Shown here one piece after another: positions 39,201 through 51,857 of a DNA stretch of 64,000 nt. The stretch comes from Podarcis tiliguerta. Taxonomy: Eukaryota. Made by a program: the position numbers and the translations under genes. Within the stretch, counting starts at the first letter, position 1, and the number at the start of each line of letters is the position of its first letter. The notes under the pieces were generated by a model, which was given only the letters and a program-made list of their open reading frames with translations, was not told where the DNA came from and made no database searches. The DNA lies in NCBI GenBank assembly GCA_965153285.1, contig OZ229115.1. One strand, written 5' to 3'.

Positions 39201-41004
39201 GTATGCTATGATATACTTACTCTCAGCAAAGCTAGTGGGAAAAGAGGGGATATTGGTATGAAAAGAATGCCTCTGGCCAGCTGAGGGTGTGAAATACAGT
39301 TTGCTTAGAAATCTAGTCCGGACTGGGGCAAAACTACACATTACAAAGAACATGGGTTGTACTCAGCTTCATGCCAAGTACCTTCCTTCTCTCTCAGAAT
39401 ATTTAGTTCAAGTTACCCAGGAGTCACTACACTGTTCACTTTACTTTCACCCTTTTTGACTTCATCAGGGTGCTGCAGATGTAGGTGGAGATGGAGATAT
39501 GTGCTCCATGATGACATCAAGGCTGGGGTCTTATGCACATTAGCTTCGGGGGGGGGGGGGTCCGTTCACTATTCCACCTCAGGAAGCAAAATGTCTTGAG
39601 CCAGCCTTGATAGTAGGCATACCATGTGTTAACAACCATCAATGTAAAAATGAGTGGTACAGAACAAATATTAGACTTGGAGCTGTTAGGCTTGTTCCAG
39701 CAACTCTGGGATAAGTGACCACTGCTCTATGTTCTCAGGTTGGAAGACCTACTACATTCCTGTCCTCCAGATATCTTCTTGAACTCCGTCCTCCTCCCTG
39801 ATCATTAGTGCCTGTTGACCTTGGCCATTACAAATATTTCCAGGTCATTTTCCATTTCTTGCCTGAGGAATGGATTAGCTGTGCTTGTGACACCTGGGGC
39901 ATGAGATCTCTCCACTTACACTGTCCATCCTTCCTGCCTATTGAACCCCAGTACATTTTGTTCTCTAGACCATTTTGCCCCTTGCAATGCCTTGCTTGGG
40001 TGGGGTTCCATTTCTTATCTCCACTTCCCCACACACTGATGCAGGCATGTTGGCTTCCACATCTCAAAACAAAACAAAACAAAACCTTCGAAACAAGGTC
40101 CCATTGGCTGCAGCTTCAGAGGAACAAAATTGTCTCGTCTGCAATAAAAGCAATTTTATCCTGTGCATGAGGTGGGAGAGCCAGGAAACAGAATAGTTGG
40201 CAAGACCATGAGGTTTGCCCAAGGTCACAGTGGAAACCAGCGGTGAGGCAAGCAAGCTTACAGGCTGGCTAAACATTTGCTCAGTTCCCTAAATGATGTC
40301 CTGACCTGTTTCCTAATTCTCGGCAAGGGTTGCTGCTTTCCTGCTGAGCAGGAGAAAGGAAATCTCCTATTATAGCCAGACTTCCACCCCTCCTGCCTGC
40401 CCCTCTCTATCCCCAGTAGAGACCAAGTTGTGCATTGTTGAGGAGCTGAGCTGCTTATCTGTGGCTTGTGAGCTCACCCAATGGGAAAGGGGTTAAATGG
40501 AGATAAAGCTGGAGAGTGGTAGAGACCATATGGAAGGGGAAGAAAACTCTTTATCCTGTAATTGGATTCATTCCCAGCAGCTCCTGGCTAAGGTGAGCCT
40601 GAGTGGATGTGACAGGTCATGATCTGTGCATTGCTGTCAGCTGGGCCGCCTCAAGCAGGATGTGTGTGCACAAACTTGTAGATCAATCCATTAGTATGGA
40701 TCAAATAGATTTAAATGTGTGACAGGGAAGAAGTAGGACACAGATATATTTACAGTTAGGTTTGTTGGTGTTGTGCTGTTGTTTCCCCCCCCCCCCCCTT
40801 CAGAGTCAAGATTAACTCTAGCTCAGGTAGCTGTTCCAGCTCTGTGCTCCTAAGCCCTCTGCTGGCTACAGGAAGGCACAATTTTACACAAGACTAAAAA
40901 TAAAACAACAGCTTGAAAGCTTGAAAGGAGACAAGCTAACCTGGTGCAGTGACATTCTGTAGTTTGCAGGAAAATAATGGTAAAACTAGGGTTTGTTTTG
41001 CTTT

Positions 41005-41580
41005 ATTTGAAAAGATGTATAAACCACTTAATTTAAAAATAAAAACCTCCAAGGGCTGTGCATAAAGCAATCATCAATCAAACACAGATAAAAATCAGCA
41101 GAAGTTAAAAACAAGTGTACACAACTAAATTATGTGTCCAGATAGGCTTCCTGAAATAAAATGTTTTTAACAGGCGTCTGAAACAGGGCACCTGCCTAAT
41201 ATTAATCAGCAGGGAGTTCCAAAGCAACGGTGCTGCTACAATGAAAAACTAGCTCCTAGCAAAATGTGGAACTGACATTTTATGGCACTTGTAAAAGTGC
41301 AAATTTTGCAGATGGAAGCCGTCGAGTTGGCACATAAGGGGCAAGGCAATCCTTCAAGTAAGCTGGCCCCAAGCTGTTAAGGGCCTTGTGTACTAACAGT
41401 AAAACCCTGAACCAGTAACAAATTGGCAGCCAGTCCAGATCTTTGAGCAGATGTGCAATATGCTGGTAGGAACTAACTCTTGTCAGCAATCGTGCTATAG
41501 CATTCTGTATTAATGGCAGTTTCCAGATTGATTGCAAAGGAAACCCCGCATAGAGTGCATTCTGTTAGTTCAGTCTTGAA
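41005..41580 (-). mobile_element. Diverged L2-clade LINE 3' fragment
   Basis: LIQNAIARLLT...HIAHLLKDLDWLPI...KALNSLGPAYLKD motif; boundaries approximate. Confidence 0.8.
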
Positions 41581-41911
41581 GTTACCAGTGCCGGAACTAC
41601 TGTGGTCAGACTCTCCCAGTCCAGGAACAGCTGCAGCTGGGTTTAGCTCCACTCAGGAGTTCCAAGTGAAGAGGATTATTTCCCAAAGTGGAACCTGCTT
41701 GGGTCAGCTGTGATCAGGAGCTCCAGAATGCAGCCAATCCCTGCCCAAAGTGGGGCTTGCAGTCAGCATTGAACGGAAATGCCAGTAGGGACTAAGGAAC
41801 TCTAGAACTAATTGTTCCTGAGGGAATAAGTCACATCTCTCCTTCACTCTGCGTGTGCCCTGATAATGAGCATGCAGGCTAAGCAAACACTGAACAGGGT
41901 GTTATGCTAGG

Positions 41912-42124
41912 TACTGGCATACGAAAGGGGGGCGGGGGAGCGTATCGCCCTGGGCACCATTTGGGGAAAGGGTGCCATCGCGGCCGCCCCCCTGGAACAT
42001 GTGCCACGCCCTCCCAGGACAGGCACACAACCCCGGATGCATGCCATGCCCCCGCGAGTGACATGCCAGCCATAGCCCTGCCTGTTCTCCGCTCCAAGGG
42101 CTGCAGCATGTTGCTCCGCCACTG
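41912..42124. mobile_element. GC-rich non-autonomous hAT transposon
   Basis: 8-bp TSD ATGCTAGG / GTGCTAGG; degenerate CAGTGGCG-type termini. Confidence 0.75.
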
Positions 42125-42742
42125 GTGCTAGGGGGCCTCTAAGTTTGAGGCCCTCTCTACAGTTATGATTTTGTGGTGAGAAAGCAAGTATGCATGCCCT
42201 CTCCAACACATATATAACATAATAATAGAGGGGGAATGTCCTGGCCCTATGTCCCTCTTCTATCCTTCCCTGCAGATTAGCACTGTGATAGTGTTGTACT
42301 ACTTAGGGTGAGGAGTTGGGCAAAAACCTCTGGAATTCTCTAGCTGCTGAGCATCTGTCTGCATAGTAGAAGAGCCATAGCATGGTGGGGCTGAAACACT
42401 CGCCTGACCTCCTTCTGGACAATTTTCTGCTGAAGAGAGTGGGGGATGAGGCGGTGGGAAGGTCAGCGCAGTGTGAATGCATCCATGCAGCCAATGGGGC
42501 ACTCATGCCAGCACATTTGCAATTCACGGTCCATGCTGCCACTTCCCTCTTCCCCCTCTCCATCCCACTATGTAGCTGTAACTTAGCCAATGGGAAGTCA
42601 GCTGAGTGGCACAGACCCTCCATGCCATCTGCTACTGGGAAGAGCACGTCTGGATTGATTCTAGGGTCCACACTCTCACACTCTACCTGTTAACATACTT
42701 GTGCCAGTTCCCCCCAACTAGATTATTGGTTCGTTTTAGATA

Positions 42743-43190
42743 TTGTGGCCGAGACCACATAACACCAGTCCTGAAAGACCTACATTGGCTCCCGGTATGT
42801 TTCCAGGCACAATTCAAAGTGTTGGTGCTGGCCTTTAAAACCCTAGATTGCCTTGGCCCAGTATACCTGAAGGAGCGTCTCCATCCCCATCATTCAGCCC
42901 AGACACTGAGGTCCAGTGCCAAGGGCCCTCTGGCGGTTCCCTCACTGTGAGAAGCAAAGTTACAGGGAACCAGGCAGAGGGCCTTCTTGGTGGTTGCGCC
43001 CGCCCTGTGGAATGCCCTCCCATCAGATGTCAAGGAACTATCTATCTGACTTTTAGAAGACATCTGAAGGCAGCCCTGTTTAGGGAAGCTTTTAATATTG
43101 GATAAATTATTGTATTTTAATATTTTGCTGGAAGCCACCCAGAGTGGCTACCCAGATTGATGGGGTACAAGTAAATTATTATTATTATTA
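42743..43190 (+). mobile_element. L2-clade LINE 3' end
   Basis: DHITPVLKDLHWLPV..FKVLVL and AF.VVAPALWNALP motifs of L2 ORF2 C-terminus; (TTA)n tail. Confidence 0.85.
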
Positions 43191-45271
43191 CGCACATCCC
43201 TGACATTCTTTGTTGTTCACTGTTGCTTTTATTTAGGTTTTTATTCATATTTGAATACTCAATTGATTTTATATCTTTTTAACATTTTAGTGCTAGAATT
43301 TTATTCTTTAAACAGCTTCAGGATCCGTGGTTGGGAAGTGATCTAAACATTATTTTAATGAATAGATATTACTACATTGCTACTGCTGTGATAGCGCTAA
43401 TGAGGGCAGCATCGTCTGTGGGGGTTGGGGGTGGAAGCATTTTTCCTCATCCGCATGTCAATGCTGAACGAATGGCCACCCCACTAATCTTCGCAAACAA
43501 ACAAACACTAATAGTTGCAGATAAATAGTAAGGTTGACAGCACAGAATTTTGCGAACAAAACACGCAACTGTCAATCAAAAATGCTGATAAAATCTAAAG
43601 CATCAAAGCCTGATTTAATCCAATTCCTGTTATCAGAAAATCTCCAGGGAATTGTACAGCAGTGAGAACAGCTATTTCTTTTCATTGTACACCTCTCTTA
43701 CAGTGACAGCTAATATCTACTGACAAGACTTGGGTGGTAAAGTTGAATCCAAGGGTCTCTCACTTCTTACCCAGGCAAAATATCCATTGGTTTCTGTAAG
43801 AAATCTGTGTGAGCAAAAAGACCTTGGTCACTCAGGACTCAGAGGACAGCCTCGTCATTTTTTCTGCTTCCTTTTTTTAAAGCCAATTTTTCATCCTTTG
43901 TCAAGAGGGACTTGGGTATCATGCATCATTGTCTTACTCATTTGATTGTACAGGTAACTTACAAAGACATAGTTAATGTCCTTCCTGGTTCTGTGGTATT
44001 TTATCTTGTTATGCTTAGCTTAATATATTTCAGTTTGGTATGCTGCTGTTGAGAATGTGCAAGAGGGAAAGGAGGGAAGGAACAAGTAAAATGATTAAAA
44101 GTCACCAATGTGCCTGTCAGGTGGCCTGTCAATAGGGATGTGGAAGGAATTCTATTCAGTTTGCATTTAAACCTACCTAATTCTCACTCTCGAAAACAAT
44201 ACAAGACCCAAAACACAGTCATTCTTTGAAATTTATACTCCCCTGAATGTTGCAATGCATTGCTCCAACCAACCAATGTTTACAAAGATGCATAATGAGG
44301 AAAACATTAGTGAAAACAGTGTGCAAAATGCATTGTATTAGGAGAAATTCCTTGTCAATGCATTTGCCAAAACTGCATATGAATGTGTACCCCCTTGGAT
44401 AATTTTGCACTAAAATGCTGACAAATATTCATGGGGATTTTTGTAATGCAGATTGCTGCAGAAGAGTGGAGAAATAAATTTGAGATTGGAAAAATGAGAA
44501 ATGGAGAGAACTGGAATTGACAGTTCCATTCATCTGTATCTATAAATGGACCATCTGTATGAGTAAAAGGCAGCTCCCAATATTCTGACAGAGAAACCCA
44601 ACCCAGGAAGAAGTTCCCCAAATACTAATACAAAAAATTCATATGAAATACGAAAGGATCTTCATTGCTTCTTTTCCTTACAAGTGAAACTAAGCATTGC
44701 TTGTTTTTCCTACACTTTTACTAAGAGTGCAGTGATGCTCTCCCCTTTGTTGGTGCTGGGAGCAGAGAGAATAGCACACAAGCTTCTTTCCATTATCCTC
44801 CACTTGCACAGAGGAACAGCACAGGCCTAGTGGGCATGAAAACCAGCAGTTTTCCAGCTAGTGATAACCACCAGAAAGTGGGGCACTGGGAGGAATCTGC
44901 CAGCTTTGGATCTGCTAGATCCAAAGCCTCATGGATCCCCTGAAGGGTTGAATCTTTGGCCCCCCCAACTATACCACTGGCAGAGCAAGAGAGGGAACCC
45001 CACCTTTTACCCTGGCTAACATAAGCTGGCAGAGCTTTGGCTGCAGCTGTAGATTCACCAATCTGCACATCCCCTCATTAGGATTGCTCTGTAAGTTGGG
45101 TAGGAACAGATAATATAGCTTCAGGAGATGAATCCCAAGCCCAACTGCAAGTATGCTTGACGGGGTCTATACAACCCAAGCCTGTCTTGCTATTGCCTCT
45201 GTCACAGCCCACCCCAGACAAGGAAGGCACACATCTGATAGTTAACTCTTTACTGGCAAGAGAAACAATTA

Positions 45272-45715
45272 CCGTAGTTTTCCGTGTATAAGACGCCCCC
45301 ATGTATAAAACGCCCCCTATTTGGGGGGACTCAAATTTAAGAAAATGGAGGGAGATGGCACAGAGTTGTTGTACTTTTGGGGGGAGGATTGCCCAGAGTT
45401 GTTGAGCTTTTCTCGCGGAGGATTACCCAGGGTTCTTGATTGCTGGAAATCGCTCACCCACATGCATCACAAAATCAGCCTCTCATATGCCCCCTTGCCA
45501 GCAGAACCTGTCAATCACCTGCCCGATTGCCACAGTGTCAGCCAATCAACACCAGCCATTGACGCAGCAATCAATAACACACCCAATAAACACTGACAGA
45601 CATGGCAGCAACCAATCAAACATCCACCCTATGCACTATCCATGTATAAGATGACCCCCACTTTTAACCAAAAGAAAAAAGAAAAAAACCTTGTCTTATA
45701 CATGGAAAAGTACGG
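45272..45715. mobile_element. Tc1/mariner-pogo non-autonomous element (third family)
   Basis: TIRs CCGTAGTTTTCCGTGTATAAGAC / GTCTTATACATGGAAAAGTACGG; TA on the left flank. Confidence 0.78.
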
Positions 45716-48700
45716 AACATCAGCTCCCACAGTGCTCTGGATACACATGCACGCACTTCTAGTCGCTAGGCAGCTGTCCATGGTCTGGACCCCATGGAGC
45801 AGTTGCAGCAACAGCGGGGCTATTCCTTCTGGGTTATATACCTTCCTCTGATGGGTTGCATGCCTGAAACCTGAGATTTATCCTGCATGGAAGTCATCAC
45901 TGCTCTTCCCTTTTCAAGCCCCTCCTGGTTCAAGGAGACAGTGGGGTGGGGGAAGGTGAGGACAGTACTAACGCAGCCCGCACCTGAACTGTCCCTTTTT
46001 CCTCTGCTACATACTGTGCGCCCTGGCCTGGTTGCTGCTTTGCGACCAGCACCCAACCCTATAAATCACTGGCCCCCGCTCCTGGGTCATTCTCCTAGCC
46101 CCCCTGCCTCTGCTTCAGAGCCCTGCCAGTCTCTGATACCCTCAGGTGTGTTACCTGGCCTAACGGAGATCAGCCCAGGATTTGGCACCGTTCTTATATG
46201 GCTTATGAGTGTCAGGTGTGCTGAATCAATGTGCCTGTCATTGATCTTCCATCTGAATCAGTACATAGCAGGCTTTGTAGCACTCACAGACAGAATGAAA
46301 CCTCACTTCTGATATCCTTCATTATCACATGCCTGGGGCAGCCATTGGCATCTGATTAATGGTGTAGCCAAAGTCAGTTTGTTATTTATGGGGGAGCACA
46401 AGATGACAAGATGCCACAATCGGTAGGGGACCATGGTCTCTCATGGAAAATGAATCAGCTGTTGTTAGGATCAGTAAGCATTCCCAGCTGAAATTAGAAC
46501 CAGGATCACAGGGCTTTTGGCGTGGATCTGAGAAGACAGGGAAAGTGAGAGTTTAATGTTAATCCAGGAAAGTGACAAACCCCCCACCAAATTCCCCATT
46601 AATCTGACATTGCTTTCCCCGGCCAAGAGCCAGAGTACGCAATATGGTCTGAACCCAGCAGGAGTTAAATCTTACTATTGATTGTCTCTTTCCAACCCGG
46701 CTATGCTCCAGTGAATTAACATGAATTACATTGCTGAGAAGTTGGGAGAAATGTAACCAGTCTGCAGGGAAGAATAGAAACACAAGTTAAAGGCTGTGCA
46801 TTTAAAATATTTATGCTGTGAGTGAACATGTATTTAAACCCTCTGAATTTCAAATATTTATGTATGCAGGGGGACAAAATCTAATATTAAGAAAAATGTA
46901 TTAAAAGTTGCCAAAGGCACTTTTCTTCATTAGCAAAGCTGAACACCCACAGATAGCGGTGGTGGCGGCTGTTGTCCAGAATGCATCTGTGCATTCACTG
47001 GCACCAGTTTGCAAATGCTGCTTGGATAAGAATATGCTCTGTTTTACACCACAGATCAAATCATTTGCAAACAGAGGGATTAAAATTGGAGTTTTGTGTG
47101 GGCTTAATTCAGTGGACAAGATGGGTGCCTATAAAACAAACCTCTGTAAGATGATGTGTCTGCATTACCTAGAATTCTGAGCAAGGTGCTTGCACACGCA
47201 GTGTTAGAAATCTGTGGTGTAGCTGTGTTTTCCTTGAGTTTGGTTACCAAACGCAGCTTGATATTTAAATAAATGCTAGTTCTCATGAACAGACAGCACA
47301 TGGATCCCCACCACACACACAAACCCTTTATGCTGTGATTTATGCACAAATCATCTTAATGAGAGTTGAGCAGAGATGTGCCAAATCACAATTTGTGTTC
47401 ACAACAAATCATTTGTTAATCATGGTGCAATCAAGAAAAAGCAGCCACCCATGTTAATTGTATTTATTTCTATAGCACCACCTACTCTACATGCTCAGGG
47501 ATTGTGTGAATTGGTCCTCCATCACCTAACCATCCAAAGACTTGTGGATTTTCAGGAAAAGAGGAGAAGCAACTTGAATATATAATTTTGGTCCAAGGAC
47601 TCAATGGCTGAGTTTAGATGGTCTGCAAAGGTTTTATAAACCATGGTTTATGGAGGTGCGGATGAGCACCAAGGCTGTTTGCTCCTCACTCACCCCCTCC
47701 TCTACACTGCCATCCTTCTATTGCACTCTGGGTTCAGCGTTAAGCCAAGTTTCCTGTTATATCTGAACCCAGGAACTCAGGAAAATAAGCCAGGATCATA
47801 GACAGAACAGATGTCACATCAGCCTGTTCAGATGCAACAGGGAACCCTGGCTTAACTCAAAACAGGCTCTTAATGCAGAAGCCAGCACAACAGGAAGAGG
47901 GCCAGGAAGGATTAAGAGAAGGGCACACAGTTATGGTGTTCATTCACAGCTTCGTATGCCATGGCTAGGAAGCCTTTGGCAATCATCTGAATGCATCCAC
48001 TGGGCAATGGAGATAATCTCCAATAACCATTCTGTTTGAGCATCATGTCATAGGAAGCTGCAGATGAGAGTTTTGCCCATCTAGCTTAGGAGTGGGATCT
48101 TTGGCCCTCCAGATGTTGCTGAACTACTACTCCCAACAGCCCTTGCAAACATAGCTAATGGCCAGAGATCATGGAAGTTGTAATTCAGAAACTTCTGGAG
48201 GGCTAAAGGTTCCCCATGCTTGATGTAGCCCATGCAGCTCTCCAGAACCTTCGTCTGAGAAATCTCTCATCACCTGCTATCTGATCCTTTTAACTGGAGA
48301 TAGTAGGGACTGGACATGCTCAGTAGCCAATGATGTGGTCAGGCTGTGTTGCTTGCCGACCTCCCTCCTGCCAAGTCCCTGCTGCATGCCATGACAGAGA
48401 GGGTAGCAAGATTGGTGCAGTGCAAACATGCCATTGGAGCCAATCTGGTGCTCCTGCCGGGACATTTGCACCATGCTGTCCATGCTTCCACTTCATTCCT
48501 TTTTGTCACAGTATGCAGCAGCAGCAATTTGGCCAGGTAAGCAGCACAACCCCACTGCACCGTCTGCTACGGCGCTAATCCAAACTTTTGGTCCCAAAAC
48601 TCAGCTCCATTTAAACTGAAACAATGAATTTAGCAGTGGATTTCAGGAGCTGCGAGCCTTCTTCCATCAGAAGACTATTGATCTCATCTTCACGTATTGA

Positions 48701-49727
48701 AAACAAGCATCACCTCACTGTAATTAATGATTCCTCGGCAGTTTCCACCAGGTATGTCTTTTGAAGAGCATTGGTTGTGCTCCAGCAGCAGCTCTACAAA
48801 CACATGCCGTGGAAACCACACCGGCATAGTTAATTTGTCCTCTGACATCTAATTGATACAAATATGATTGATCTAACCATTTTATTTTTATTTTTAAAAC
48901 TGTCCCTCATGCTGGCTGGCAGACACATTTCACTGGCACAAAAAAGGGAGAAAGATATGAAAGTTTTGTGCTTTCAAAGAATGACCTTTCCTGATAATTA
49001 ATTTGCTGTTCCTAGCACCATCTGCTGTCTCGCAGCCACATCCATCATTGCTGTAAAAAAAATTAAAGCTCAATTAAAATGAAAACTGGTGTCACAAATT
49101 TGTCAGGGGAAGGCACAAAGTTCTGAGCAGCAAAGCCATTTGACCCCTCCTGGAGGTTTACAGCTGGGCCCACTTCACAGGATTTACGATAACCTATCAT
49201 AAATACAAAGGGCTCTGGGGAGTGCCTTAACTACCAGCACATTTCTAGGGTGTGTTTTGATCAAAGATGACATTATTGACTGGGATGATAACTGGGAACG
49301 TGTCATAAAACTTGGGCGAAATTCTATAGTTGAACGTGTTTGCATTGAGCCGCTGTCAGCCAAAGCAGATGAGGAAAACTCTTTTAAGCAGCCCACGTCT
49401 CCAACCCCCTTGCATCTGGAAAGCAGAGAGAATGCTCGGAATCCATACACAGCAGGAGAAATGTCCCTTGAAATAAATAAATAAATAATCTGTTATTTAT
49501 TTGTCATTTATTTTAGATACGTCTGCCCTACGCTTTGGTCGACAAGGCTTCCAGAGCACCCTACAAATGCAATCAAGGATAGATGCAGCCAATAATAAAT
49601 AACTGAACCAAACAGATAATCATAATAAAAGCAGCAATTAGGGCCAACATCTAAAAGGTTTTTAAAACCCAGCATAAAATCCAGGCTACTTTAGAAGGCT
49701 AAGATGAATTCACCTGGCACATTAAAA

Positions 49728-49800
49728 TTATAATATAATATTATATTATATTATATTATATTATATTATATTATATTATATTATATTATATTATATTATA
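49728..49800. repeat. (ATATT)n pentanucleotide repeat
   Basis: Seen directly. Confidence 0.95.
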
Positions 49801-50065
49801 AATATCAGGCGAGTCTCTCTGGCAACCTCTTATGAGCAGGGGAAATAACCCAGCTGCTATTAATCAGAACTGAGATATATTTGGAAGCCTTTGTGTCCAG
49901 AGTTGTGGCTTCTCCAGCCAAACTCCATTGTGGTTGCTTCTTCCCGTAACAATGGGATAACACTGAGGGAGTCACCTTTGGAGGCAATGCGGGTCCTCTG
50001 TTGGTCACATCAGATTTTCCAGGCAATCTGCTCTCAGACAATTCCACTGTACAGTGTATCAAGAA

Positions 50066-50233
50066 NNNNNNNNNNNNNNNNNNNNNNNNNNNNNNNNNNN
50101 NNNNNNNNNNNNNNNNNNNNNNNNNNNNNNNNNNNNNNNNNNNNNNNNNNNNNNNNNNNNNNNNNNNNNNNNNNNNNNNNNNNNNNNNNNNNNNNNNNNN
50201 NNNNNNNNNNNNNNNNNNNNNNNNNNNNNNNNN
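50066..50233. other. Assembly gap (168 N)
   Basis: Run of N. Confidence 1.
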
Positions 50234-51735
50234 TGCTACCTTCATACTTTGAAGCATTTTCCCAGTCACCTCAGGGCTACACACACTCACTTAGACTAAT
50301 GAAAGGAAGAAAGCTGAGATTACAGTTTCAAGTGTCTGGGCTTCAAAGAATAGCCCCCAGGGCAATAGTTCAATAACAGAATGAAATGCAGACTTGGAAG
50401 ATCTACCCTTTTATAAGTAACTTTTACCATGTATGTACAAAGCATTAAATAGAAAGGGTTCATCATAAATCAGTGTCATGTATGTCTAGGCAAAGTAATC
50501 CATGAAAAAAAAGAATGAATTGCATACTCCAGATGATGATACATTGAATTAAAAATGTTTATTTGGCACAGCTTTGTGTAAGTAATGTGAGTTATCATTT
50601 CTGACAGTGGTAAAGATTTAACTTTCAGAATCTCAGTGTTTACATAATTATGGAGTGACACCTTAATTTTCTGTAATACTTAAAAGATATGGGTAAGTGG
50701 TTAAAAAAAAAATGCTTAAAAGCTGTAATTTTCCACAATTCATCCAAACTGATAAACACTGAAAGACTTCCTTTACAAACAAACATGGATGTACTCTCTG
50801 TTGGTATGAAATTCTGCACAGCCTAATTATAGATATTAAGACTTAGCAAATTAAGTAAAAGGAAATCAAGCCAGCTACTCTAGAACACAGAGAATGGTCG
50901 ACAAGATTCACAGGCCTGAAGCCTGGCCCATGTTCAACAGCAAGGAAAGGAAACCCCTTCTTTCAGCCCATGGCCACATTTATTCATGGACAACCTTCCG
51001 GGGGGTGGGGGCACATGTCCGTGGTGCTCAGGACCAGATACAACACTGGGCAGAGCATGTGTGGCAGGCTACATTCCAGCCAAGCAAAACTCACAGGTTT
51101 CGACACAGCCACCTCTGCAACCTCTATCCAGTCAAGCAAGAGGCATCATCATGCATTTGAGCCAGACAACAGGCAAGGAGCACATTCAGTTGTGCTCTGG
51201 GGACAATGCTGAGGGCTAGATAGAGGGGCTTGGAGGACCACATTTGGCTTTCAAGTCTGAGATTCCCCACCCCTGTTACCCAAAGTAAACTTGGGTTTGT
51301 CAGCAAGTATATACTCAACAGGGAGCTACAGCCAAGCCTGGCATTCTGATGCATATACCTCTACATCAGACACCTGTATTTGCAAACATATTTGTTTCAT
51401 TCACACTGTACATTTTTAAGATGTGCTCCAAAATATGTAATGTTGCATTAAGAGACCCTCAGCAAGAGCTTTGTCACTAAGATGAAAAGGCCATTCCTTG
51501 AATTCAAATGGCGTTGTGAGTGTGTACAACTATTTAGGATTGTGGATCAAACATTTTAACAAAATCACTGGGAAGGAGGCGAGGAAAGGGATGGGGAGTG
51601 GCAGCAACCAAGGGAAGCAACGCTCCTTGGAAACTCAGGATTCTTACCTGGTATGTGCAACAAAACCATTTCTATGTTCCTACATTTCCAATCAATCCAA
51701 TGTATTCAAGGGCCATGAATACTGACAAGGGCTGT

Positions 51736-51857
51736 TGATGTCATTAGGAGCTGGTAATGGTTATATAAAGGCCAATGAGATCAGACCAGAGAGAGGAACA
51801 GACAAGGGGAATCTGCAGAGCACTGTTCCACAGACAAGGAGGCAGCACATTCACTAG
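51736..51857 (+). promoter_or_regulatory. MLN: Candidate MLN promoter and non-coding exon 1
   Basis: TGATGTCA (CRE-like) 51736-51743, CATTAG 51742-51747, TAATGG 51755-51760, TATATAAA 51762-51769, then an ATG-free ~65 nt stretch ending at consensus donor AG|GTAAGC (51857/51858). Mammalian MLN has a non-coding first exon. Confidence 0.55.

Noticed and set aside
49805-50376. Long ORFs of 161 aa
   Set aside because: Artefacts of the 168-N assembly gap.
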